Shown here in pieces: positions 7,814 through 16,456 of a DNA stretch of 64,000 bases. The DNA is from Escherichia phage Mansfield. Where the stretch lies: sequence record MK903282.1. The stretch is one strand, 5' to 3'. Position numbers and translations under genes: made by a program. The number at the start of each line of letters is the position of its first letter. Position 1 is the first letter of the stretch. The notes beneath the pieces were generated by a model. It searched no databases. It worked only from the letters and a program-made list of their open reading frames with translations, and was not told where the DNA came from.

Positions 7814-8155
7814 TTAATTTCTTTTGAGAGGAATATGACGGTTGCTGTCATTATTTGGTTTAATAATGAGCATAAAAACGATTAGAAAGATGATGGCTGA
7901 TATACTTAATTCAATCAGCGCGGCTTGAGATATGGATTGATCTTCATGATACTGCTTTTGCATTTCCGCTCTCTTTTGAGCGCAAACTTCAGGCGATATA
8001 TAATCTCCTTTTGAGTTGCCATAATAAATCTCGCCATTCTCAGAAATAAGCCTGCCGCAAATATCCGTATCGGCCTTTGCGCTTGACATCATAATAACGG
8101 TGCCGATGATAGCAGCAATTGTCCAAATTAGCAGTTGTGATAAAGTGTTGTTCAT
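7814..8155 (-). CDS. membrane protein (113 aa)
   Basis: N-terminal and C-terminal hydrophobic segments; AAGAGG SD. Confidence 0.5.
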   Translation of the reverse strand: MNNTLSQLLIWTIAAIIGTVIMMSSAKADTDICGRLISENGEIYYGNSKGDYISPEVCAQKRAEMQKQYHEDQSISQAALIELSISAIIFLIVFMLIIKPNNDSNRHIPLKRN

Positions 8156-8173
8156 AATAACCTCTTTAAATTA

Positions 8174-8194
8174 CCCTTCCCATGTCGGGAAGGG
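8174..8194. other. perfect 8-bp hairpin (CCCTTCCC / GGGAAGGG)
   Basis: Lies between minus-strand genes just upstream of the 7814..8155 SD; possible attenuator. Confidence 0.35.
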
Positions 8195-8352
8195 TGAATA
8201 TTATTTTACGCGAAAGAATAAGCGCGTGCCACACAGCGAGTCCCAACGGCCCTCACCATCCCATATCGACCCAACACCAGCGGTGATTGGGCCAGCAGAA
8301 TTGGCGGCATTGGCCCAGGCGAGTCGTTTCAGTTTCCAACTGCACCAACGAT

Positions 8353-8616
8353 TCACAGTTCACCTCCAGACTGCAAAACAAGTCCCGCATAGAGGATTGC
8401 TAGAGCTAAAGGCGCACCACTTCCAGCCTCTCTATTCTCTTTGATTTGAAGAGTATCCTTAAGAAATTGCAACTGAACGTTGAATTCATTTTCAATTCCA
8501 AGCACTACAGATAATTCTTTTACAGAATCTGCATATGCCTTGTCTAGAACTTCTTTTGGTAATGTTAAAGTCAATTCACTTGCCATTCTCTTTCCACTCC
8601 ACAAATGTGCTGCCAC
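8353..8616 (-). CDS. hypothetical protein (87 aa; start may be internal)
   Basis: ORF. Confidence 0.4.
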   Translation of the reverse strand: MAAHLWSGKRMASELTLTLPKEVLDKAYADSVKELSVVLGIENEFNVQLQFLKDTLQIKENREAGSGAPLALAILYAGLVLQSGGEL

Positions 8617-8797
8617 TTGTTTCTCTATTTAGCAGGTATCTGCCGCGCATTCCATGAAGGCTGAATTCAACCGTCGATGGATTAGATTTTGAAAGCCACA
8701 TGGCCTGACCGTCGAACGGTCCGCCAACGCATGTGTATTTAGCCTTTGGCTCACTCCTTTTGGGTCGCTTTGCCCGCTCTTTGATTGATAGTCTCAT
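8576..8797 (-). CDS. hypothetical protein (73 aa)
   Basis: ORF; basic N-terminus. Confidence 0.4.
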   Translation of the reverse strand: MRLSIKERAKRPKRSEPKAKYTCVGGPFDGQAMWLSKSNPSTVEFSLHGMRGRYLLNRETSGSTFVEWKENGK

Positions 8798-9012
8798 CAG
8801 TCTTCACCTTGAGATTCCAGACAAGTAAGAACAAGCCACGTCATCGGAAGAATCAAAACCAGAGAAATAAGGGACCAGATGGACCAGCACAAGATGACAG
8901 ACTTGAATGTGTGAACGTCGCCAAACACAGCAGTGAAACAAAATCCCATCACAAAAGCAAGCGTGGTGGAGTGGTTATCAATGGCTTTGATGGCGCGGTC
9001 GATGAGTTTCAT
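8797..9012 (-). CDS. small membrane protein (71 aa)
   Basis: Two predicted hydrophobic helices. Confidence 0.45.
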   Translation of the reverse strand: MKLIDRAIKAIDNHSTTLAFVMGFCFTAVFGDVHTFKSVILCWSIWSLISLVLILPMTWLVLTCLESQGED

Positions 9013-9101
9013 ATTACCTCCGGTTTTGAGTTAATATGATTATAACGCAGAGTTTCAGAAAGGCAAACTTTTTGTGAATTTATGCCGTCCATGGCAAATG
9101 A

Positions 9102-9332
9102 TTAGTGAGAAGACACGACTAATGTGCCGCTTCCTTTCGCGAAAATCTCAACACCTGGCGGGATTGTGACCGTGCCAACAACTGCGATGCCGATCAACTT
9201 GTCGTCTGCTTTTTCTTCGAAACAGATCTCTGCGGCACCGCCGCGAACTTGAATAAGTGCGCCTGATACGTTTTCAACAACAGAAAGAACGGAAGTGTAA
9301 GATGGAGTGAGTTGAATATTTACTAGGGCCAT
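9102..9332 (-). CDS. hypothetical protein (76 aa)
   Basis: ORF. Confidence 0.45.
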   Translation of the reverse strand: MALVNIQLTPSYTSVLSVVENVSGALIQVRGGAAEICFEEKADDKLIGIAVVGTVTIPPGVEIFAKGSGTLVVSSH

Positions 9333-9343
9333 GATTTACTCCT

Positions 9344-9373
9344 GATAAAAAAATGGCCAGAAAGAATCTGGCC
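9344..9373 (-). terminator. hairpin with A-run on plus strand (minus-strand terminator-like)
   Basis: GGCCAGA / TCTGGCC 7-bp stem preceded by AAAAAAA; oriented to stop leftward transcripts although no minus gene lies to its right. Confidence 0.3.
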
Positions 9374-9420
9374 GAAAAGATCACCCTTTATCCACTACTA
9401 AGCTGGAATCACAATTTTAC

Positions 9421-9450
9421 TTGATATAGCTGTCTCAAGCAAACTATAAT
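9421..9450 (+). promoter_or_regulatory. sigma70-like promoter TTGATA-N18-TATAAT
   Basis: -10 ends at 9450, so the ATG at 9451 cannot be the terminase start. Confidence 0.5.
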
Positions 9451-9483
9451 ATGAATAAAATATTAACACATAATTGGAAAGTC

Positions 9484-10911
9484 ATGTACCAGTTGAATCC
9501 TGCTTTAAGAGAAGTTTGGAAGACGAAAGCGCGATACAAAGTAATATACGGCGGTCGTGCATCTTCCAAATCGCATGATGCCGCTGGTTTTGCTATTTAT
9601 TTGGCGGCAAACTTTAAATTAAAATTCCTTTGCGTTCGACAATTCCAGAACAAGATTTCTGAATCAGTATATACGCTATTAAAAGATAAGATAGAGATTT
9701 CTGATTTTAAAGACGAGTTCAACTTATTAAAGAACTCTATTGAACACAAAAGAACAAAATCTGAATTCTTATTTTACGGTATCGCACGCAACGTTGACGA
9801 AATCAAATCAACAGAAGGCGTTGATGTTCTTTGGCTTGAAGAAGCGCATGCACTGACTGAAGAACAATGGGACATTATTGAGCCGACCATTCGTAAGGAA
9901 GGGTCAGAAATATGGATCATATTTAACCCTGATGAAGAGGCCGATTTCGTCTACCAGAACTTTGTCATGCGACCGCCGAAGAATGCCATCGTTAAGAAGA
10001 TCAACTGGCAAGACAACCCATTTTTGTCACAAACAATGCTGGATGTTATTGCTGGCATGTATGAGCGCGACCCGAAAAAGGCAGAACACGTTTATGGCGG
10101 AGTACCGAAGACAGGCGGCGACAAGTCGGTCATCAACCGTGCATTCGTCAAGGCCGCGCTAAACCTCCACAAACACCCTACGCTGGGATGGAGCTTGTCA
10201 GGGTCTAACCGTATAGGCTTTGACGTGGCGGACGACGGCGACGACTTAAACGCCACAGCATTTGTCACGGGCAACGTATTGCGCGGCATCAAGACATGGG
10301 AAGGTCTGGAAGATGAATTGCTTAAGTCCGCAAGCGGAGTTTGGAAAGACGCATTGACATTCGGCGCATCAATTACCTATGACGCAATCGGTGTTGGTGC
10401 ATTTGCTGGTTCAAAATTTGATGAGCTTAATGAGTATGCAATCCATGAAAATCCAACATTCCCAAGAATCGAATTTAATGCGTTCAACGCGCAAGGTGCT
10501 GTTGATGATCCTGATGATGTTTTCCTTGAGTTACCACACGTTGAAATACTCAATAAAGACCATTTCGCAAACATAAAAGCGCAAAAATGGACTGAGATTG
10601 CCGAACGATTCAGGAAGACATATGAATATGCGACAGGGCAAGCCGTATATCCGACCGATGAGTTGATTTCCATCGACACAGACGGCATTCCAGAACTTGG
10701 GATTCCTGCTTGGTCTGCGGAAGAGATTGAGACGTTTCTTTTTGAGATGTCAGCGCCGCGCAAAGATACGTCTGTACTTGGCAAGTTCAAAGTTGAATCG
10801 AAAAAAGATATGGCAAAGCGTGGAGTCAAATCGCCTAACAAAGCGGACGCCGCAATCATGGCATTGATGAAACCAATTGTTGCAGCATCCGGCTTCTTCT
10901 CTAACCTTTAA
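9484..10911 (+). CDS. terL: terminase large subunit
   Basis: N-terminal ATPase with Walker A-like GGRASSKS and Walker B-like VLWLEE; C-terminal nuclease-like half; start moved from 9451 to 9484. Confidence 0.9.
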   Translation: MYQLNPALREVWKTKARYKVIYGGRASSKSHDAAGFAIYLAANFKLKFLCVRQFQNKISESVYTLLKDKIEISDFKDEFNLLKNSIEHKRTKSEFLFYGIARNVDEIKSTEGVDVLWLEEAHALTEEQWDIIEPTIRKEGSEIWIIFNPDEEADFVYQNFVMRPPKNAIVKKINWQDNPFLSQTMLDVIAGMYERDPKKAEHVYGGVPKTGGDKSVINRAFVKAALNLHKHPTLGWSLSGSNRIGFDVADDGDDLNATAFVTGNVLRGIKTWEGLEDELLKSASGVWKDALTFGASITYDAIGVGAFAGSKFDELNEYAIHENPTFPRIEFNAFNAQGAVDDPDDVFLELPHVEILNKDHFANIKAQKWTEIAERFRKTYEYATGQAVYPTDELISIDTDGIPELGIPAWSAEEIETFLFEMSAPRKDTSVLGKFKVESKKDMAKRGVKSPNKADAAIMALMKPIVAASGFFSNL

Positions 10912-10914
10912 CAA

Positions 10915-11154
10915 CTAAAGCATTCCGTGCTGAAGGTCGAGTTTTCTTGCGGCAAATGACCTGGCACGGAATCGCTTACCCGCTCTTACTGCCTGTCGAA
11001 TTTTCTTTTGCAAACACTTACGGTCAAAATCGTTGCGGTCGACGGCTTCGAGTAAATCACGACGCAACGCACCCAGTGTCGACTTTTCGGAGACTTCAAC
11101 GCCCAGCGCGGCTGCAACGTCTTTCAAAACATCGAGTTCGGTTAAAGTTCTCAT
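10915..11154 (-). CDS. hypothetical protein (79 aa)
   Basis: ORF; N-terminal segment LKDVAAALGVEVSEK resembles a Rho-N/SAP-like helix pair. Confidence 0.45.
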   Translation of the reverse strand: MRTLTELDVLKDVAAALGVEVSEKSTLGALRRDLLEAVDRNDFDRKCLQKKIRQAVRAGKRFRARSFAARKLDLQHGML

Positions 11155-11567
11155 TTGATAATCCCCTTGATGTCTGATTCTGCCATAAAGATTGGAGTGC
11201 CGCCGCCAGGAACAATCGAGCGCGTTACTTTGTCAAAAATATCGTTCTCTTCAACTTGAATACGATAAAATTTATTTTTGGATGAAGATGGGCACAATCC
11301 CATAAATTTGCCGATGCCGCGAACGCATTCATCTTCAAAGTATACTGTTTCACCTTGAATGGATTCGATGTTGTCTACTGGATAGACCTTGCGACCCAAC
11401 AACCACTCATCTAAAGTCGCCTGCAAGACGTTTCGCGCATCTAAAATCCACGGGTCAATAGTAGCACCTTCGTATCGCGCAGCAGTAGCCTTTGCCAGTT
11501 CTTCATATTCGCATACGTTAACGACTTCGCCGTTGTGCAAGACGACAAATACAATTGTTGTGCTCAT
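11151..11567 (-). CDS. hypothetical protein (138 aa)
   Basis: ORF overlapping the previous stop by 4 nt (coupled). Confidence 0.5.
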   Translation of the reverse strand: MSTTIVFVVLHNGEVVNVCEYEELAKATAARYEGATIDPWILDARNVLQATLDEWLLGRKVYPVDNIESIQGETVYFEDECVRGIGKFMGLCPSSSKNKFYRIQVEENDIFDKVTRSIVPGGGTPIFMAESDIKGIIK

Positions 11568-11662
11568 TTCAATCTCCTTTCGTTTGGTTAACTAAAATAT
11601 AACTCAAAATGATACAAAAGCAAAATATTTTATGAACTATTTATGATCACCATACATATCAT

Positions 11663-11691
11663 TTGCTTACAAACACATGAATATTTATAAT
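11663..11691 (+). promoter_or_regulatory. sigma70-like promoter TTGCTT-N17-TATAAT
   Basis: Upstream of the portal start at 11730. Confidence 0.45.
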
Positions 11692-11729
11692 ATAGATTGA
11701 TTCCCTTTCACTGTCAGGTGGCGTTAACA

Positions 11730-14105
11730 ATGAAAATTCTTGGCATAAAACTCTGGGAGAAGACGCAACCAGAAGCCGAACCAGCGGAGATGCCGCCAGG
11801 CGACCCATTGGCACCGTTTGAACGCCTTGAAAGGCGCGGCAGCGGTCAACGCTGGGAAAAGACTGAAAGCAATCGACCGACCTTTAAAACGGTTGATGAC
11901 TTCCCTTTATATGAACCTGATATTAATGGCGACGGTGTTGCTATCATAAAAGGTCGTTCAGTCGATTCCGCAACAGTATCCAAAAAGGTTATGGATAATG
12001 CCTTGAAGAACATCAGTTCAGAAGGGCAGGTCAACCCATACACAGTCCCTATTCAACTTCAAAACTGGTATTTGTCACAGTCATTCATCGGCTATCAAGC
12101 TTGTGCCATCATCGCACAGCACTGGCTGGTGAACAAGGCGTGTTCCATGGTAGGCCGCGATGCGGTCCGTAAAGGCTGGGAAGTCAAATCCAGTTCTGAG
12201 TCAGAATTATCAGTGCAGGCCAGCGAACGCCTAAAGCAAATTGATAAAGAATTTAATATCAAAGAGCACTTAGTTGAAGCCGAACGATTCAAAAATATTT
12301 TTGGTATCCGCGTCATCATATTTGATGTGCGTAGTGATGACCCAGAATACTACAGCAAACCTTTTAACATTGATGGTGTGACAAAGGGGTCTTATAAGGG
12401 AATCATTCAGGTTGACCCTTATTGGATGATGCCATTTTTGACGTCTGAAAACACCGCCGACCCTGCATCACAGCACTTCTATGATCCAGAATACTGGGTG
12501 ATCAGTGGACAACGTTATCATCGAAGCCACCTGATCATTTTGCGCAACGATGAGCCAGCTGATATTCTCAAGCCGACTTATATTTACGGCGGCATTCCTT
12601 TGACTCAGCAGATTTATGAACGCATCTATGCCGCTGAGCGTACCGCTAACGAAGCGCCATTGCTGGCGATGTCCAAGCGTACAACCACGCTGCGGACCGA
12701 CGTTGACAAGGCGATTGCCAATGAGAGGTCTTTTGCTGAACGTCTGATGATGTGGATTAAGTACCGCGACAACTATGCAGTCAAAGTGCTTGGTCAAAAA
12801 GAAGAGATGGACCAGTTCGACATCAACTTGTCAGACTTCGATAGCATCATCATGAACCAGTACCAGCTGGTGGCTGCAATCGCAAAAGTTCCGTCAACCA
12901 AACTTCTTGGGACTTCGCCAAAAGGCTTTAACGCCACTGGTGAATTTGAGATGGTCAGCTATCACGAAGAGTTGGAAACTTGCCAGCAGCATGACCTGAC
13001 AAAAATTCTCGACCGCCATTACAAAATCCTTCTCAAATCAGAAGGGGTGGAAGTCGATGTTAAGGTCGCATGGGAACCAGTTGGCTCACTTACTGCTACT
13101 CAACTTGCAGAAATCAACGACAAGCGAGCTAACACTGGCAAAACTCTTATTGATGCTGGCGTCATTTCTCCTGATGAAGAGCGCGACCGCATCAAAGACG
13201 ACAAAAACAGCGGCTACAACCGTCTGCCGGAAGACGCAGCAGAAGAAACCCCAGGGATGTCTCCAGAGAATATGGCATTGCTTGGCAAGTCTGCTGGTGA
13301 AGTCCTGCAAGGCAAGGCCGATATTGAACAGGCGAAAGCTGATGTCGTTAAGATGGGCGGCCAGTTCTATAGCGAAACAGGTATTATGCCAGAAGGTGCC
13401 GCGCGTGGTGAGTTGGCGGAAAACCCTGACAAAGCGCCTGTCGAAATCAACATGGACGATACCGATGATGAATCAAGCCATCAGGTTGATGTCCTAACGC
13501 AGTTGAAAGAAGGTCTGGAGGGTATTGCTGATTATTACCTGAAAGAAGGTCAGGATGTGGATTTTGACCCTCAAAAAGATTCACGGTCGGTACAACCGTC
13601 TACCCTTCCAAGCGTCAAAGGTAATGTCGTTAACTTACGACACAACGTTGGAAAGATGGATGCAGCATCGTTACCTAAGATGAAGTTGCACGGGCTGATT
13701 CTTGGGATTGAGAATCCTCGCAACAGCATCCGTAGAGGGAACAGCCTTGACGGTGAATGGGCAGTCAAGATGCCGCATCACTACGGATTCATCAAGGGCA
13801 CTAAGGGCGCGGACGGCGATGAAGTCGACTGCTTTGTTGGTCCAAATATGAAGTCGCCGAAGGTCTTTATCGTTAACCAGAATGATAATTACTCTGGCGA
13901 GTTTGATGAACACAAGTGCATGCTTGGATTCGATTCAGCAGAAGAAGCGAAAGAAGCTTATCAAGCATCATTTGGTAACGGGTGGAACGGATTTGACTCA
14001 ATCCACGAATTGGATGTAAACTCGTTCAAGGAGTGGTTGAAGGGTGATTGCTCTCAAGCATACGGAGCACTCAATAATCCTACTAATTCACCGAAGCAAG
14101 GTTGA
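11730..14105 (+). CDS. portal protein with C-terminal pyrophosphatase-like extension
   Basis: Large protein directly after terminase with acidic C-terminal region; start trimmed to 11730 (GGTGG SD); C-terminal ~150 aa contain HYGFI...DGDEVDC (13779-13832). Confidence 0.7.
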   Translation: MKILGIKLWEKTQPEAEPAEMPPGDPLAPFERLERRGSGQRWEKTESNRPTFKTVDDFPLYEPDINGDGVAIIKGRSVDSATVSKKVMDNALKNISSEGQVNPYTVPIQLQNWYLSQSFIGYQACAIIAQHWLVNKACSMVGRDAVRKGWEVKSSSESELSVQASERLKQIDKEFNIKEHLVEAERFKNIFGIRVIIFDVRSDDPEYYSKPFNIDGVTKGSYKGIIQVDPYWMMPFLTSENTADPASQHFYDPEYWVISGQRYHRSHLIILRNDEPADILKPTYIYGGIPLTQQIYERIYAAERTANEAPLLAMSKRTTTLRTDVDKAIANERSFAERLMMWIKYRDNYAVKVLGQKEEMDQFDINLSDFDSIIMNQYQLVAAIAKVPSTKLLGTSPKGFNATGEFEMVSYHEELETCQQHDLTKILDRHYKILLKSEGVEVDVKVAWEPVGSLTATQLAEINDKRANTGKTLIDAGVISPDEERDRIKDDKNSGYNRLPEDAAEETPGMSPENMALLGKSAGEVLQGKADIEQAKADVVKMGGQFYSETGIMPEGAARGELAENPDKAPVEINMDDTDDESSHQVDVLTQLKEGLEGIADYYLKEGQDVDFDPQKDSRSVQPSTLPSVKGNVVNLRHNVGKMDAASLPKMKLHGLILGIENPRNSIRRGNSLDGEWAVKMPHHYGFIKGTKGADGDEVDCFVGPNMKSPKVFIVNQNDNYSGEFDEHKCMLGFDSAEEAKEAYQASFGNGWNGFDSIHELDVNSFKEWLKGDCSQAYGALNNPTNSPKQG

Positions 14106-14106
14106 T

Positions 14107-14958
14107 ATGGCTTTTAAAGCTTCGAAAAAACGTGAACGCCGCTCACCCGATAGAATCGGGCGCGGCAGTCCGATAATCCCGTCAAACGCTATTGCGATGG
14201 CCTACCGTCGTGAGATGAAAGGTCTTTGCTATGCGATGATTGATGACTATCAAGCAGGCATTTCAGAATGGCTTGATAAGAAGCAGGTGCAGAAGTTTTT
14301 TGCGCAAGACTCTGCTGATTCTACATTCCAGACTCTCATGAAACGGCTGCAGCTGAAATGGGCAAAGGCGTTTGCACGTGTTGGGTCGAAGATTGCCGCT
14401 GATTTTATCAAATCGGTCGAAAAGGGTGCCACTTCTGCTACATTCGCAAGCCTTAAGTCCGCAGGCATAGAAGCGCCAAAGGCCACATATAACAAATTCG
14501 TTGAGAACACTCTTAGAACAAGCGAGACGTTTAACACGACTCTAGTGACTAAGGTCGGCGAGGATATTCACAACAGAGTGTACGAAGCAGTCATGCTTTC
14601 GCTGACTTCGCCCGACCCAGCCCAGCAAGGAACGTCAGGCATTCAGGCGGCGTTGCGAAACGTAAAACACTTCTCTGCAAAGAGGGTCGACTTGATCGCT
14701 AAAGACCAGACAAGCAAATTGTATTGCGTTCTAAGCGATGAAAGGATGCGCCAGAATGGAGTCGAAGAATTTGAGTGGGCGCACTCAGGAGCAGGAAAGG
14801 AGCCGCGAATCTCTCATGAACACGTCGACGGAATGAGATTCAAACTTGACGACAAGCGACTATGGGAAGTTGACGGCGAATTGAAGTTCAAAAAGGGTGA
14901 CATCGGTCCTCCTGGATGGGCAATACACTGCAAGTGCAGAAAAATACCAATCATTTGA
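14107..14958 (+). CDS. putative head morphogenesis (minor head) protein
   Basis: Assigned by position immediately after portal; start trimmed to 14107; ends HCKCRKIPII. Confidence 0.45.
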   Translation: MAFKASKKRERRSPDRIGRGSPIIPSNAIAMAYRREMKGLCYAMIDDYQAGISEWLDKKQVQKFFAQDSADSTFQTLMKRLQLKWAKAFARVGSKIAADFIKSVEKGATSATFASLKSAGIEAPKATYNKFVENTLRTSETFNTTLVTKVGEDIHNRVYEAVMLSLTSPDPAQQGTSGIQAALRNVKHFSAKRVDLIAKDQTSKLYCVLSDERMRQNGVEEFEWAHSGAGKEPRISHEHVDGMRFKLDDKRLWEVDGELKFKKGDIGPPGWAIHCKCRKIPII

Positions 14959-14965
14959 GGTCATT

Positions 14966-15886
14966 ATGACGATACCAATCAGCACGTTTCCTCTATCTGG
15001 ACAAACGCCAGTATTGCCTGCTGTATATGCTAACGGTTTGGCGATTGTTTCAGATTTTACATCCGACAAAAACCTGATTGTTCCATTGAGTCCGCCATTG
15101 GCGTCTGGATACAATTCAGTTGGTCAATTCTTTATGATCGGTAATGACGGCGATTCTACCAGCAAGCCGAATCTGACACTTTCAGTTCCCAAAATGAACA
15201 TAACAGACGTGCAGACTGGTTTAACTGCGTCTACAATCACCATCGCTTTTGGCGAAGCAGTGATTATAGGCATGGAGTCTGGAGGGTCCAAGAATGCTGT
15301 CGCCGTTAAGGTAGTCAAATCCAGCGGCAATCAATACACGTTACCAGCGGCAACGGCTTCTGTTCTCGGCGGCGTCAAAATAGGAAGTGGCATAAGCGTT
15401 GCAGGTGACGGTACAATTAGCGTGACTCAATACTCGTTACCGATTGCATCAGCATCAACCTTAGGTGGCGTAAAGGTAGGCACGACATTATCAATTGATG
15501 GTTCTGGAGTTCTTAATATTCCGTCAAGCACTGTGCAAAACGCAAGCAATAGTGTAAGCAATCCTCCGACAACTCTGGTGAATCTGGCAACATTAAACCT
15601 GCCTGCAGGGAAATGGCTTGTGACGGCAAGTCAGTTGACTGTCGCGACAGCAGGAATTCAAGCGAATACCGGAATTACAGTCAAATTGTCAACGAGCAAT
15701 TCAGATATTACTGATGATGCATTTACGATGTCAGCTGGCATTCGGGCTGCAGGTCGTTTCGGCGGCAATATTCCAACAAAGATAATTACTCTTGCCGCGC
15801 CTGGCAATGTGTATCTAAACTATCAATGCACAGATGCGTTGACGTCTACCGTTTACGGACAGATCACCGCAATTAAGTTGAACTAA
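14966..15886 (+). CDS. structural protein with tandem GGVKxG beta-repeats
   Basis: Start trimmed to 14966 (GAGG SD); internal repeats ASVLGGVKIGSGISVAGDGTISV / ASTLGGVKVGTTLSIDGSGVLNI. Confidence 0.5.
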   Translation: MTIPISTFPLSGQTPVLPAVYANGLAIVSDFTSDKNLIVPLSPPLASGYNSVGQFFMIGNDGDSTSKPNLTLSVPKMNITDVQTGLTASTITIAFGEAVIIGMESGGSKNAVAVKVVKSSGNQYTLPAATASVLGGVKIGSGISVAGDGTISVTQYSLPIASASTLGGVKVGTTLSIDGSGVLNIPSSTVQNASNSVSNPPTTLVNLATLNLPAGKWLVTASQLTVATAGIQANTGITVKLSTSNSDITDDAFTMSAGIRAAGRFGGNIPTKIITLAAPGNVYLNYQCTDALTSTVYGQITAIKLN

Positions 15887-15896
15887 AGAGGAAGTT

Positions 15897-16034
15897 ATGC
15901 AAAAGATTATTCAGTCACGTTATGTTAAAGTGCGAAATATTAATTGCAACTCTCTGCTTTCTTGGAAATGGGCCGTTTACGATTCGATGCTGATTGGCGT
16001 TTTAGTTGCTGGAGTGCTTTTTAATATTCACTGA
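15897..16034 (+). CDS. small hydrophobic protein (45 aa), tentative
   Basis: Not in the ORF track; AGAGGAAG SD 4 nt upstream; predicted single TM helix. Confidence 0.3.
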   Translation: MQKIIQSRYVKVRNINCNSLLSWKWAVYDSMLIGVLVAGVLFNIH

Positions 16035-16077
16035 ATCGCCTGGCAATGGATTGCCGCAGGATTTTACGCGTATAATG

Positions 16078-16341
16078 ACGTATCATCCGTATCAAGTAAG
16101 TATTTGTTTTCAAAAGAATCTTACGTATGATACGGATGATACGCGTTGCCGCGATACTTTATAGGAATTCAAATAAATTAATTTAAAATTATATATCTAA
16201 TTTAATTTTATTTTTTTATAAACTCTTATATATGAAAAGTATCCGTATCATCCGTATCATCCGTAGCACACCAGTGATAGCGCGGCTTATACACCGATAC
16301 GGATAAAAATACGCCTCATTTTATCCGTATCATCCGTATCA
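16078..16341. repeat. iteron cluster (9-mer unit CGTATCATC) in AT-rich region
   Basis: Forward copies 16078-16094, 16241-16265 (three tandem units), 16322-16341; inverted copies 16128-16143 and 16295-16304; flanked by a >90% A+T tract at 16175-16240. Confidence 0.75.
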
Positions 16342-16398
16342 CACTAATTAAGGCGCGGCTATATCGGTTGTTATACATATTCAAACCATAATTATTGT

Positions 16399-16427
16399 TT
16401 GCCTAAGTTTTTTTCATTAGATATAAT
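16399..16427 (+). promoter_or_regulatory. sigma70-like promoter TTGCCT-N17-TATAAT
   Basis: Upstream of the scaffold/capsid genes. Confidence 0.4.
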
Positions 16428-16456
16428 ACACAATACTTATTTGAGGGTGGATGCGA

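Noticed and set aside
8100-8444. 114-aa plus-strand ORF
   Set aside because: Overlaps minus-strand genes and a strong hairpin, with no SD; judged spurious.
9451-9483. ATG at 9451 as terminase start
   Set aside because: It immediately follows the -10 hexamer and would not be transcribed; the next in-frame ATG at 9484 has a purine-rich SD.
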